From Auanema rhodensis (taxonomy: Eukaryota; Animalia; Nematoda), in assembly GCA_964057225.1 (NCBI GenBank), contig OZ059895.1, positions 22,196,001-22,260,000 of the forward strand: a DNA stretch of 64,000 nucleotides, read 5' to 3'. This document shows, in pieces, positions 1-15,000 of this stretch; the first letter of the stretch is position 1, and every line of letters begins with the position of its first letter. A program made the translations under genes and the position numbers. The notes beneath the pieces were generated by a model. The model did no database searches. It worked only from the letters and a program-made list of their open reading frames with translations, and was not told the DNA's origin.

Positions 1-3000
1 AAATTTACGTGAACTTTAATTTATGCTAATTAAGTGTACACATGATGTGCTCTTGGTATGTAACTCGCTTCACGTGAAAGATGAAGAGATGCGGTTTTCA
101 AAATTAGATTCCCCATTTCCATGTTAGTCTAAAAACAAATTTTTATTGATATTGGTGCATGGCAACCATGACTTTAGAATTTACGTGAACTTTAATTTAT
201 GCTAATTAAGTGTACACATGATGTGCACTTGGTATGTAACTCGCTTCACGTCAAAGATAAAGAGATGCGGTTTTCAAAATTAGATTCCCCATGTCCATAT
301 TAGTCTAAAAACAATTTTTTATTAATATTGGTGCATGGTAACCATGACTTTGAAATTTACGTGAACTTTAATTTATGCTAATTAAGTGTACACATGATGT
401 GCACTTGGTATGTAACTCGCTTCACGTGAAAGATGAAGAGATGCGGTTTTCAAAATTAGATTCCTCATGTCCATATTAGTCTAAAAACGAATTTTTATCG
501 ATATTGGTGCATGGTAACCATGACTTTGAAATTTACGTGAACTTTAATTTATGCTAATTAAGTGTACACATGATGTGCGCTTGGTATGTAACTCGCTTCA
601 CGTGAAAGATAAAGAGATGCGGTTTTCAAAATTAGATTCCCCATTTCCATATTAGTCTGAAAACAAATTTTTATTGATATTGGTGCATGGCAACCATGAC
701 TTTAAAATTTACGTGAACTTTAATTTATGCTAATTAAGTGTACACATGATGTGCACTTGGTATGTAACTCGCTTCACGTCAAAGATAAAGAGATGCGGTT
801 TTCAACATTAGATTCCCCATGTCCATATTAGTCTAAAAACAAATTTTTATTAATAATGGTGCATGGTAACCATGACTTTGAAATTTACGTGAACTTTAAT
901 TTATGCTAATTAAGTGTACACATGATGTGCACTTGGTATGTAACTCGCTTCACGTGAAAGATGAAGAGATGCGGTTTTCAAAATTAGATTCCTCATGTCC
1001 ATATTAGTCTAAAAACAAATTTTTATTAATAATGGTGCATGGCAACCATGACTTTAAAATTTACGTGAACTTTAATTTATGCTAATTAAGTGTACACATG
1101 ATGTGCACTTGGTATGTAACTCGCTTCACGTCAAAGATAAAGAGATGCGGTTTTCAAAATTAGATTCCCCATGTCCATATTAGTCTAAAAACAAATTTTT
1201 ATTAATAATGGTGCATGGTAACCATGACTTTGAAATTTACGTGAACTTTAATTTATGCTAATTAAGTGTACACATGATGTGCACTTGGTATGTAACTCGC
1301 TTCACGTGAAAGATGAAGAGATGCGGTTTTCAAAATTAGATTCCTCATGTCCATATTAGTCTAAAAACGAATTTTTATTGATATTGGTGCATGGCAACCA
1401 TGACTTTGAAATTTACGTGAACTTTAATTTATGCTAATTAAGTGTACACATGATGTGCGCTTGGTATGTAACTCGCTTCACGTGAAAGATAAAGAGATGC
1501 GGTTTTCAAAATTAGATTCCCCATTTCCATATTAGTCTGAAAACAAATTTTTATTGATATTGGTGCATGGCAACCATGACTTTAAAATTTACGTGAACTT
1601 TAATTTATGCTAATTAAGTGTACACATGATGTGCACTTGGTATGTAACTCGCTTCACGTGAAAGATGAAGAGATGCGGTTTTCAAAATTAGATTCGTCAT
1701 GTCCATATTAGTCTAAAAACGAATTTTTATTGATATTGGTGCATGGTAACCATGACTTTGAAATTTACGTGAACTTTAATTTATGCTAATTAAGTGTACA
1801 CATGATGTGCACTTGGTATGTAACTCGCTTCACGTCAAAGATAAAGAGATGCGGTTTCCAAAATTAGATTCCCCATGTCCATATTAGTCTAAAAACAAAT
1901 TTTTATTAATATTGGTGCATGGTAACCATGACTTTGAAATTTACGTGAACTTTAATTTATGCTAATTAAGTGTACACATGATGTGCACTTGGTATGTAAC
2001 TCGCTTCACGTGAAAGATGAAGAGATGCGGTTTTCAAAATTAGATTCCTCATGTCCATATTAGTCTAAAAACGAATTTTTATTGATATTGGTGCATGGTA
2101 ACCATGACTTTGAAATTTACGTGAACTTTAATTTATGCTTATTAAGTGTACACGTGATGTGCACTTGGTATGTAACTCGCTTCACGTGAAAGATAAAGGG
2201 ATGCGGTTTTCAAAATTAGATTCCCCATGTCCATATTAGTCTAAAAACAAATTTTTATTGATATTGGTGCATGGTAACCATGACTTTGAACTTTACGTGA
2301 ACTTTAATTTATGCTAATTAAGTGTACACATGATGTGCACTTGGTATGTAACTCGCTTCACGTGAAAGATGAAGAGATGCGGTTTTCAAAATTAGATTCC
2401 TCATGTCCATATTAGTCTAAAAACGAATTTTTATCGATATTGGTGCATGGTAACCATGACTTTGAAATTTACGTGAACTTTAATTTATGCTAATTAAGTG
2501 TACACATGATGTGCACTTGGTATGTAACTCGCTTCACGTGAAAGATGAAGAGATGCGGTTTTCAAAATTAGATTCCTCATGTCCATATTAGTCTAAAAAC
2601 GAATTTTTATTGATATTGGTGCATGGCAACCATGACTTTGAAATTTACGTGAACTTTAATTTATGCTTATTAAGTGTACACGTGATGTGCACTTGGTATG
2701 TAACTCGCTTCACGTGAAAGATAAAGGGATGCGGTTTTCAAAATTAGATTCCTCATGTCCATATTAGTCTAAAAACGAATTTTTATTGATATTGGTGCAT
2801 GGTAACCATGACTTTGAAATTTACGTGAACTTTAATTTATGCTAATTAAGTGTACACATGATGTGCACTTGGTATGTAACTCGCTTCACGTGAAAGATGA
2901 AGAGATGCGGTTTTCAAAATTAGATTCCTCATGTCCATATTAGTCTAAAAACGAATTTTTATCGATATTGGTGCATGGTAACCATGACTTTGAAATTTAC

Positions 3001-6000
3001 GTGAACTTTAATTTATGCTAATTAAGTGTACACATGATGTGCGCTTGGTATGTAACTCGCTTCACGTGAAAGATAAAGAGATGCGGTTTTCAAAATTAGA
3101 TTCCCCATTTCCATATTAGTCTGAAAACAAATTTTTATTGATATTGGTGCATGGCAACCATGACTTTAAAATTTACGTGAACTTTAATTTATGCTAATTA
3201 AGTGTACACATGATGTGCACTTGGTATGTAACTCGCTTCACGTCAAAGATAAAGAGATGCGGTTTTCAAAATTAGATTCCTCATGTCCATATTAGTCTAA
3301 AAACGAATTTTTATCGATATTGGTGCATGGTAACCATGACTTTGAAATTTACGTGAACTTTAATTTATGCTAATTAAGTGTACACATGATGTGCGCTTGG
3401 TATGTAACTCGCTTCACGTGAAAGATAAAGAGATGCGGTTTTCAAAATTAGATTCCCCATTTCCATATTAGTCTGAAAACAAATTTTTATTGATATTGGT
3501 GCATGGCAACCATGACTTTAAAATTTACGTGAACTTTAATTTATGCTAATTAAGTGTACACATGATGTGCACTTGGTATGTAACTCGCTTCACGTCAAAG
3601 ATAAAGAGATGCGGTTTCCAAAATTAGATTCCCCATGTCCATATTAGTCTAAAAACAAATTTTTATTAATATTGGTGCATGGTAACCATGACTTTGAAAT
3701 TTACGTGAACTTTAATTTATGCTAATTAAGTGTACACATGATGTGCACTTGGTATGTAACTCGCTTCACGTGAAAGATGAAGAGATGCGGTTTTCAAAAT
3801 TAGATTCCTCATGTCCATATTAGTCTAAAAACGAATTTTTATTGATATTGGTGCATGGTAACCATGACTTTGAAATTTACGTGAACTTTAATTTATGCTA
3901 ATTAAGTGTACACATGATGTGCACTTGGTATGTAACTCGCTTCACGTCAAAGATAAAGAGATGCGGTTTCCAAAATTAGATTCCCCATGTCCATATTAGT
4001 CTAAAAACAAATTTTTATTAATATTGGTGCATGGTAACCATGACTTTGAAATTTACGTGAACTTTAATTTATGCTAATTAAGTGTACACATGATGTGCAC
4101 TTGGTATGTAACTCGCTTCACGTGAAAGATGAAGAGATGCGGTTTTCAAAATTAGATTCCTCATGTCCATATTAGTCTAAAAACGAATTTTTATTGATAT
4201 TGGTGCATGGTAACCATGACTTTGAAATTTACGTGAACTTTAATTTATGCTTATTAAGTGTACACGTGATGTGCACTTGGTATGTAACTCGCTTCACGTG
4301 AAAGATAAAGGGATGCGGTTTTCAAAATTAGATTCCCCATGTCCATATTAGTCTAAAAACAAATTTTTATTGATATTGGTGCATGGTAACCATGACTTTG
4401 AACTTTACGTGAACTTTAATTTATGCTAATTAAGTGTACACATGATGTGCACTTGGTATGTAACTCGCTTCACGTGAAAGATGAAGAGATGCGGTTTTCA
4501 AAATTAGATTCCTCATGTCCATATTAGTCTAAAAACGAATTTTTATCGATATTGGTGCATGGTAACCATGACTTTGAAATTTACGTGAACTTTAATTTAT
4601 GCTTATTAAGTGTACACGTGATGTGCACTTGGTATGTAACTCGCTTCACGTGAAAGATAAAGGGATGCGGTTTTCAAAATTAGATTCCCCATGTCCATAT
4701 TAGTCTAAAAACGAATTTTTATTGATATTGGTGCATGGTAACCATGACTTTGAAATTTACGTGAACTTTAATTTATGCTAATTAAGTGTACACATGATGT
4801 GCACTTGGTATGTAACTCGCTTCACGTGAAAGATGAAGAGATGCGGTTTTCAAAATTAGATTCCTCATGTCCATATTAGTCTAGAAACGAATTTTTATTG
4901 ATATTGGTGCATGGCAACCATGACTTTGAAATTTACGTGAACTTTAATTTATGCTTATTAAGTGTACACGTGATGTGCACTTGGTATGTAACTCGCTTCA
5001 CGTGAAAGATAAAGGGATGCGGTTTTCAAAATTAGATTCCTCATGTCCATATTAGTCTAAAAACGAATTTTTATTGATATTGGTGCATGGTAACCATGAC
5101 TTTGAAATTTACGTGAACTTTAATTTATGCTAATTAAGTGTACACATGATGTGCACTTGGTATGTAACTCGCTTCACGTGAAAGATGAAGAGATGCGGTT
5201 TTCAAAATTAGATTCCTCATGTCCATATTAGTCTAAAAACGAATTTTTATCGATATTGGTGCATGGTAACCATGACTTTGAAATTTACGTGAACTTTAAT
5301 TTATGCTAATTAAGTGTACACATGATGTGCGCTTGGTATGTAACTCGCTTCACGTGAAAGATAAAGAGATGCGGTTTTCAAAATTAGATTCCCCATTTCC
5401 ATATTAGTCTGAAAACAAATTTTTATTGATATTGGTGCATGGCAACCATGACTTTAAAATTTACGTGAACTTTAATTTATGCTAATTAAGTGTACACATG
5501 ATGTGCACTTGGTATGTAACTCGCTTCACGTCAAAGATAAAGAGATGCGGTTTCCAAAATTAGATTCCCCATGTCCATATTAGTCTAAAAACAAATTTTT
5601 ATTAATATTGGTGCATGGTAACCATGACTTTGAAATTTACGTGAACTTTAATTTATGCTAATTAAGTGTACACATGATGTGCACTTGGTATGTAACTCGC
5701 TTCACGTGAAAGATGAAGAGATGCGGTTTTCAAAATTAGATTCCTCATGTCCATATTAGTCTAAAAACGAATTTTTATTGATATTGGTGCATGGTAACCA
5801 TGACTTTGAAATTTACGTGAACTTTAATTTATGCTAATTAAGTGTACACATGATGTGCACTTGGTATGTAACTCGCTTCACGTCAAAGATAAAGAGATGC
5901 GGTTTCCAAAATTAGATTCCCCATGTCCATATTAGTCTAAAAACAAATTTTTATTAATATTGGTGCATGGTAACCATGACTTTGAAATTTACGTGAACTT

Positions 6001-9000
6001 TAATTTATGCTAATTAAGTGTACACATGATGTGCACTTGGTATGTAACTCGCTTCACGTGAAAGATGAAGAGATGCGGTTTTCAAAATTAGATTCCTCAT
6101 GTCCATATTAGTCTAAAAACGAATTTTTATTGATATTGGTGCATGGTAACCATGACTTTGAAATTTACGTGAACTTTAATTTATGCTTATTAAGTGTACA
6201 CGTGATGTGCACTTGGTATGTAACTCGCTTCACGTGAAAGATAAAGGGATGCGGTTTTCAAAATTAGATTCCCCATGTCCATATTAGTCTAAAAACAAAT
6301 TTTTATTGATATTGGTGCATGGTAACCATGACTTTGAACTTTACGTGAACTTTAATTTATGCTAATTAAGTGTACACATGATGTGCACTTGGTATGTAAC
6401 TCGCTTCACGTGAAAGATGAAGAGATGCGGTTTTCAAAATTAGATTCCTCATGTCCATATTAGTCTAAAAACGAATTTTTATCGATATTGGTGCATGGTA
6501 ACCATGACTTTGAAATTTACGTGAACTTTAATTTATGCTTATTAAGTGTACACGTGATGTGCACTTGGTATGTAACTCGCTTCACGTGAAAGATAAAAGG
6601 ATGCGGTTTTCAAAATTAGATTCCCCATGTCCATATTAGTCTGAAAACAAATTTTTATTGATATTGGTGCATGGCAACCATGACTTTAAAATTTACGTGA
6701 ACTTTAATTTATGCTAATTAAGTGTACACATGATGTGCACTTGGTATGTAACTCGCTTCACGTCAAAGATAAAGAGATGCGGTTTCCAAAATTAGATTCC
6801 CCATGTCCATATTAGTCTAAAAACAAATTTTTATTAATATTGGTGCATGGTAACCATGACTTTGAAATTTACGTGAACTTTAATTTATGCTAATTAAGTG
6901 TACACATGATGTGCACTTGGTATGTAACTCGCTTCACGTGAAAGATGAAGAGATGCGGTTTTCAAAATTAGATTCCTCATGTCCATATTAGTCTAAAAAC
7001 GAATTTTTATTGATATTGGTGCATGGTAACCATGACTTTGAAATTTACGTGAACTTTAATTTATGCTTATTAAGTGTACACGTGATGTGCACTTGGTATG
7101 TAACTCGCTTCACGTGAAAGATAAAGGGATGCGGTTTTCAAAATTAGATTCCCCATGTCCATATTAGTCTAAAAACAAATTTTTATTGATATTGGTGCAT
7201 GGTAACCATGACTTTAAAATTTACGTGAACTTTAATTTATGCTAATTAAGTGTACACATGATGTGCACTTGGTATGTAACTCGCTTCACGTCAAAGATAA
7301 AGAGATGCGGTTTCCAAAATTAGATTCCCCATGTCCATATTAGTCTAAAAACAAATTTTTATTAATATTGGTGCATGGTAACCATGACTTTGAAATTTAC
7401 GTGAACTTTAATTTATGCTAATTAAGTGTACACATGATGTGCACTTGGTATGTAACTCGCTTCACGTGAAAGATGAAGAGATGCGGTTTTCAAAATTAGA
7501 TTCCTCATGTCCATATTAGTCTAAAAACGAATTTTTATTGATATTGGTGCATGGTAACCATGACTTTGAAATTTACGTGAACTTTAATTTATGCTTATTA
7601 AGTGTACACGTGATGTGCACTTGGTATGTAACTCGCTTCACGTGAAAGATAAAGGGATGCGGTTTTCAAAATTAGATTCCCCATGTCCATATTAGTCTAA
7701 AAACAAATTTTTATTGATATTGGTGCATGGTAACCATGACTTTGAACTTTACGTGAACTTTAATTTATGCTAATTAAGTGTACACATGATGTGCACTTGG
7801 TATGTAACTCGCTTCACGTGAAAGATGAAGAGATGCGGTTTTCAAAATTAGATTCCTCATGTCCATATTAGTCTAAAAACGAATTTTTATCGATATTGGT
7901 GCATGGTAACCATGACTTTGAAATTTACGTGAACTTTAATTTATGCTTATTAAGTGTACACGTGATGTGCACTTGGTATGTAACTCGCTTCACGTGAAAG
8001 ATAAAGGGATGCGGTTTTCAAAATTAGATTCCCCATGTCCATATTAGTCTAAAAACGAATTTTTATTGATATTGGTGCATGGTAACCATGACTTTGAAAT
8101 TTACGTGAACTTTAATTTATGCTAATTAAGTGTACACATGATGTGCACTTGGTATGTAACTCGCTTCACGTGAAAGATGAAGAGATGCGGTTTTCAAAAT
8201 TAGATTCCTCATGTTCATATTAGTCTAAAAACGAATTTTTATCGATATTGGTGCATGGTAACCATGACTTTGAAATTTACGTGAACTTTAATTTATGCTT
8301 ATTAAGTGTACACATGATGTGCACTTGGTATGTAACTCGCTTCACGTGAAAGATGAAGAGATGCGGTTTTCAAAATTAGATTCCTCATGTCCATGTTAGT
8401 CTAAAAACGAATTTTTATTGATATTGGTGCATGGTAACCATGACTTTGAAATTTACGTGAACTTTAATTTATGCTTATTAAGTGTACACGTGATGTGCAC
8501 TTGGTATGTAACTCGCTTCACGTGAAAGATAAAGGGATGCGGTTTTCAAAATTAGATTCCCCATGTCCATATTAGTCTAAAAACAAATTTTTATTGATAT
8601 TGGTGCATGGTAACCATGACTTTGAAATTTACGTGAACTTTAATTTATGCTAATTAAGTGTACACATGATGTGCACTTGGTATGTAACTCGCTTCACGTG
8701 AAAGATGAAGAGATGCGGTTTTCAAAATTAGATTCCTCATGTCCATATTAGTCTAAAAACGAATTTTTATCGATATTGGTGCATGGTAACCATGACTTTG
8801 AAATTTACGTGAACTTTAATTTATGCTTATTAAGTGTACACGTGATGTGCACTTGGTATGTAACTCGCTTCACGTGAGAGATAAAGAGATGCGGTTTTCA
8901 AAATTAGATTCCCCATGTCCATATTAGTCTAAAAACAAATTTTTTTTGATATTGGTGCATGGTAACCATGACTTTGAAATTTACGTGAACTTTAATTTAT

Positions 9001-12000
9001 GCTTATTAAGTGTACACGTGATGTGCACTTGGTATGTAACTCGCTTCACGTGAAAGATAAAGAGATGCGGTTTTCAAAATTAGATTCCCCATGTCCATAT
9101 TAGTCTAAAAACAAATTTTTATTAATATTGGTGCATGGTAACCATGACTTTGAAATTTACGTGAACTTCAATTTATGCTAATTAAGTGTACACATGATGT
9201 GCACTTGGTATGTAACTCGCTTCACGTCAAAGATAAAGAGATGCGGTTTTCAAAATTAGATTCCCCATGTCCATATTAGTCTAAAAACAAATTTTTATTA
9301 ATATTGGTGCATGGTAACCATGACTTTGAAATTTACGTGAACTTTAATTTATGCTAATTAAATGTACACCTGATGTGCACTTGGTATGTAACTCGCTTCA
9401 CGTGAAAGATAAAGAGATGCGGTTTTCAAAATTAGATTCCCCATTTCCATTTTAGACTAAAAACGAATTTTTATTGATATTGGTGCATGGTAACCATGAC
9501 TTTGAAATTTACGTGAACTTTAATTTATGCTTATTAAGTGTACACGTGATGTGCACTTGGTATGTAACTCGCTTCACGTGAAAGATAAAGAGATGCGGTT
9601 TTCAAAATTAGATTCCCCATGTCCATATTAGTCTAAAAACAAATTTTTATTAATATTGGTGCATGGTAACCATGACTTTGAAATTTACGTGAACTTTAAT
9701 TTATGCTAATTAAGTGTACACCTGATGTGCACTTGGTATGTAACTCGCTTCACGTGAAAGATAAAGAGATGCGGTTTTCAAAATTAGATTCCCCATGTCC
9801 ATATTAGTCTAAAAACAAATTTTTATTAATATTGGTGCATGGTAACCATGACTTTGAAATTTACGTGAACTTTAAATTATGCTAATTAAGTGTACACATG
9901 ATGTGCACTTGGTATGTAACTCGCTTCACGTGAAAGATGAAGAGATGCGGTTTTCAAAATTAGATTCCTCATGTCCATATTAGTCTAAAAACGAATTTTT
10001 ATTGATATTGGTGCATGGTAACCATGACTTTGAAATTTACGTGAACTTTAATTTATGCTAATTAAGTGTACACATGATGTGCGCTTGGTATGTAACTCGC
10101 TTCACGTGAAAGATAAAGAGATGCGGTTTTCAAAATTAGATTCCCCATTTCCATATTAGTCTGAAAACAAATTTTTATTGATATTGGTGCATGGCAACCA
10201 TGACTTTAAAATTTACGTGAACTTTAATTTATGCTAATTAAGTGTACACATGATGTGCACTTGGTATGTAACTCGCTTCACGTCAAAGATAAAGAGATGC
10301 GGTTTTCAAAATTAGATTCCTCATGTCCATATTAGTCTAAAAACGAATTTTTATCGATATTGGTGCATGGTAACCATGACTTTGAAATTTACGTGAACTT
10401 TAATTTATGCTAATTAAGTGTACACATGATGTGCGCTTGGTATGTAACTCGCTTCACGTGAAAGATAAAGAGATGCGGTTTTCAAAATTAGATTCCCCAT
10501 TTCCATATTAGTCTGAAAACAAATTTTTATTGATATTGGTGCATGGCAACCATGACTTTAAAATTTACGTGAACTTTAATTTATGCTAATTAAGTGTACA
10601 CATGATGTGCACTTGGTATGTAACTCGCTTCACGTCAAAGATAAAGAGATGCGGTTTCCAAAATTAGATTCCCCATGTCCATATTAGTCTAAAAACAAAT
10701 TTTTATTAATATTGGTGCATGGTAACCATGACTTTGAAATTTACGTGAACTTTAATTTATGCTAATTAAGTGTACACATGATGTGCACTTGGTATGTAAC
10801 TCGCTTCACGTGAAAGATGAAGAGATGCGGTTTTCAAAATTAGATTCCTCATGTCCATATTAGTCTAAAAACGAATTTTTATTGATATTGGTGCATGGTA
10901 ACCATGACTTTGAAATTTACGTGAACTTTAATTTATGCTTATTAAGTGTACACGTGATGTGCACTTGGTATGTAACTCGCTTCACGTGAAAGATAAAGGG
11001 ATGCGGTTTTCAAAATTAGATTCCCCATGTCCATATTAGTCTAAAAACAAATTTTTATTGATATTGGTGCATGGTAACCATGACTTTAAAATTTACGTGA
11101 ACTTTAATTTATGCTAATTAAGTGTACACATGATGTGCACTTGGTATGTAACTCGCTTCACGTCAAAGATAAAGAGATGCGGTTTCCAAAATTAGATTCC
11201 CCATGTCCATATTAGTCTAAAAACAAATTTTTATTAATATTGGTGCATGGTAACCATGACTTTGAAATTTACGTGAACTTTAATTTATGCTAATTAAGTG
11301 TACACATGATGTGCACTTGGTATGTAACTCGCTTCACGTGAAAGATGAAGAGATGCGGTTTTCAAAATTAGATTCCTCATGTCCATATTAGTCTAAAAAC
11401 GAATTTTTATTGATATTGGTGCATGGTAACCATGACTTTGAAATTTACGTGAACTTTAATTTATGCTTATTAAGTGTACACGTGATGTGCACTTGGTATG
11501 TAACTCGCTTCACGTGAAAGATAAAGGGATGCGGTTTTCAAAATTAGATTCCCCATGTCCATATTAGTCTAAAAACAAATTTTTATTGATATTGGTGCAT
11601 GGTAACCATGACTTTGAACTTTACGTGAACTTTAATTTATGCTAATTAAGTGTACACATGATGTGCACTTGGTATGTAACTCGCTTCACGTGAAAGATGA
11701 AGAGATGCGGTTTTCAAAATTAGATTCCTCATGTCCATATTAGTCTAAAAACGAATTTTTATCGATATTGGTGCATGGTAACCATGACTTTGAAATTTAC
11801 GTGAACTTTAATTTATGCTTATTAAGTGTACACGTGATGTGCACTTGGTATGTAACTCGCTTCACGTGAAAGATAAAGGGATGCGGTTTTCAAAATTAGA
11901 TTCCCCATGTCCATATTAGTCTAAAAACGAATTTTTATTGATATTGGTGCATGGTAACCATGACTTTGAAATTTACGTGAACTTTAATTTATGCTAATTA

Positions 12001-15000
12001 AGTGTACACATGATGTGCACTTGGTATGTAACTCGCTTCACGTGAAAGATGAAGAGATGCGGTTTTCAAAATTAGATTCCTCATGTTCATATTAGTCTAA
12101 AAACGAATTTTTATCGATATTGGTGCATGGTAACCATGACTTTGAAATTTACGTGAACTTTAATTTATGCTTATTAAGTGTACACATGATGTGCACTTGG
12201 TATGTAACTCGCTTCACGTGAAAGATGAAGAGATGCGGTTTTCAAAATTAGATTCCTCATGTCCATATTAGTCTAAAAACGAATTTTTATTGATATTGGT
12301 GCATGGTAACCATGACTTTGAAATTTACGTGAACTTTAATTTATGCTTATTAAGTGTACACGTGATGTGCACTTGGTATGTAACTCGCTTCACGTGAAAG
12401 ATAAAGGGATGCGGTTTTCAAAATTAGATTCCCCATGTCCATATTAGTCTAAAAACAAATTTTTATTGATATTGGTGCATGGTAACCATGACTTTGAAAT
12501 TTACGTGAACTTTAATTTATGCTAATTAAGTGTACACATGATGTGCACTTGGTATGTAACTCGCTTCACGTGAAAGATGAAGAGATGCGGTTTTCAAAAT
12601 TAGATTCCTCATGTCCATATTAGTCTAAAAACGAATTTTTATCGATATTGGTGCATGGTAACCATGACTTTGAAATTTACGTGAACTTTAATTTATACTT
12701 ATTAAGTGTACACGTGATGTGCACTTGGTATGTAACTCGCTTCACGTGAGAGATAAAGAGATGCGGTTTTCAAAATTAGATTCCCCATGTCCATATTAGT
12801 CTAAAAACAAATTTTTTTTGATATTGGTGCATGGTAACCATGACTTTGAAATTTACGTGAACTTCAATTTATGCTAATTAAGTGTACACATGATGTGCAC
12901 TTGGTATGTAACTCGCTTCACGTCAAAGATAAAGAGATGCGGTTTTCAAAATTAGATTCCCCATGTCCATATTAGTCTAAAAACAAATTTTTATTAATAT
13001 TGGTGCATGGTAACCATGACTTTGAAATTTACGTGAACTTTAATTTATGCTAATTAAATGTACACCTGATGTGCACTTGGTATGGAACTCGCTTCACGTG
13101 AAAGATAAAGAGATGCGGTTTTCAAAATTAGATTCCCCATTTCCATTTTAGACTAAAAACGAATTTTTATTGATATTGGTGCATGGTAACCATGACTTTG
13201 AAATTTACGTGAACTTTAATTTATGCTTATTAAGTGTACACGTGATGTGCACTTGGTATGTAACTCGCTTCACGTGAAAGATAAAGAGATGCGGTTTTCA
13301 AAATTAGATTCCCCATGTCCATATTAGTCTAAAAACAAATTTTTATTAATATTGGTGCATGGTAACCATGACTTTGAAATTTACGTGAACTTTAATTTAT
13401 GCTAATTAAGTGTACACATGATGTGCACTTGGTATGTAACTCGCTTCACGTCAAAGATAAAGAGATGCGGTTTTCAAAATTAGATTCCTCATATCCATAT
13501 TAGTCTAAAAACGAATTTTTATTGATATTGGTGCATGGTAACCATGACTTTGAAATTTACGTGAACTTTAATTTATGCTAATTAAGTGTACACCTGATGT
13601 GCACTTGGTATGTAACTCGCTTCACGTGAAAGATAAAGAGATGCGGTTTTCAAAATTAGATTCCCCATGTCCATATTAGTCTAAAAACAAATTTTTATTA
13701 ATATTGGTGCATGGTAACCATGACTTTGAAATTTACGTGAACTTTAAATTATGCTAATTAAGTGTACACATGATGTGCACTTGGTATGTAACTCGCTTCA
13801 CGTGAAAGATGAAGAGATGCGGTTTTCAAAATTAGATTCCTCATGTCCATATTAGTCTAAAAACGAATTTTTATTGATATTGGTGCATGGTAACCATGAC
13901 TTTGAAATTTACGTGAACTTTAATTTATGCTAATTAAGTGTACACATGATGTGCACTTGGTATGTAACTCGCTTCACGTCAAAGATAAAGAGATGCGGTT
14001 TTCAAAATTAGATTCCCCATTTCCATATTAGTCTATAAACGAATTTTTATTGATATTGGTGCATGGTAACCATGACTTTGAAATTTACGTGAACTTTAAT
14101 TTATGCTAATTAAGTGTACACATGATGTGCACTTGGTATGTAACTCGCTTCACGTCAAAGATAAAGAGATGCGGTTTTCAAAATTAGATTCCTCATGTCC
14201 ATATTAGTCTAAAAACGAATTTTTATTGATATTGGTGCATGGTAACCATGACTTTGAAATTTACGTGAACTTTAATTTATGCTAATTAAGTGTACACCTG
14301 ATGTGCACTTGGTATGTAACTCGCTTCACGTGAAAGATAAAGAGATGCGGTTTTCAAAATTAGATTCCCCATTTCCATATTAGTCTAAAAACGAATTTTT
14401 ATTGATATTGGTGCATGGTAACCATGACTTTGAAATTTACGTGAACTTTAATTTATGCTTATTAAGTGTACACGTGATGTGCACTTGGTATGTAACTCGC
14501 TTCACGTGAAAGATAAAGAGATGCGGTTTTCAAAATTAGATTCCCCATGTCCATATTAGTCTAAAAACAAATTTTTATTAATATTGGTGCATGGTAACCA
14601 TGACTTTGAAATTTACGTGAACTTTAATTTATGCTAATTAAGTGTACACATGATGTGCACTTGGTATGTAACTGGCTTCACGTGAAAGATGAAGAGATGC
14701 GGTTTTCAAAATTAGATTCCTCATGTCCATATTAGTCTAAAAACGAATTTTTATTGATATTGGTGCATGGTAACCATGACTTTGAAATTTACGTGAACTT
14801 TAATTTATGCTTATTAAGTGTACACGTGATGTGCACTTGGTATGTAACTTGCTTCACGTGAAAGATAAAGGGATGCGGTTTTCAAAATTAGATTCCCCAT
14901 GTCCATATTAGTCTAAAAACAAATTTTTATTGATATTGGTGCATGGTAACCATGACTTTGAAATTTACGTGAACTTTAATTTATGCTAATTAAGTGTACA

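Noticed and set aside
23-205. One frame of the monomer has a single stop in ~60 codons (possible coding origin or readthrough)
   Set aside because: At ~68% AT about 4-5 stops are expected, so one or fewer in one of six frames is not rare by rough estimate. 176 is not a multiple of 3, so no polyprotein is possible, and the stop is retained in ~360 units.
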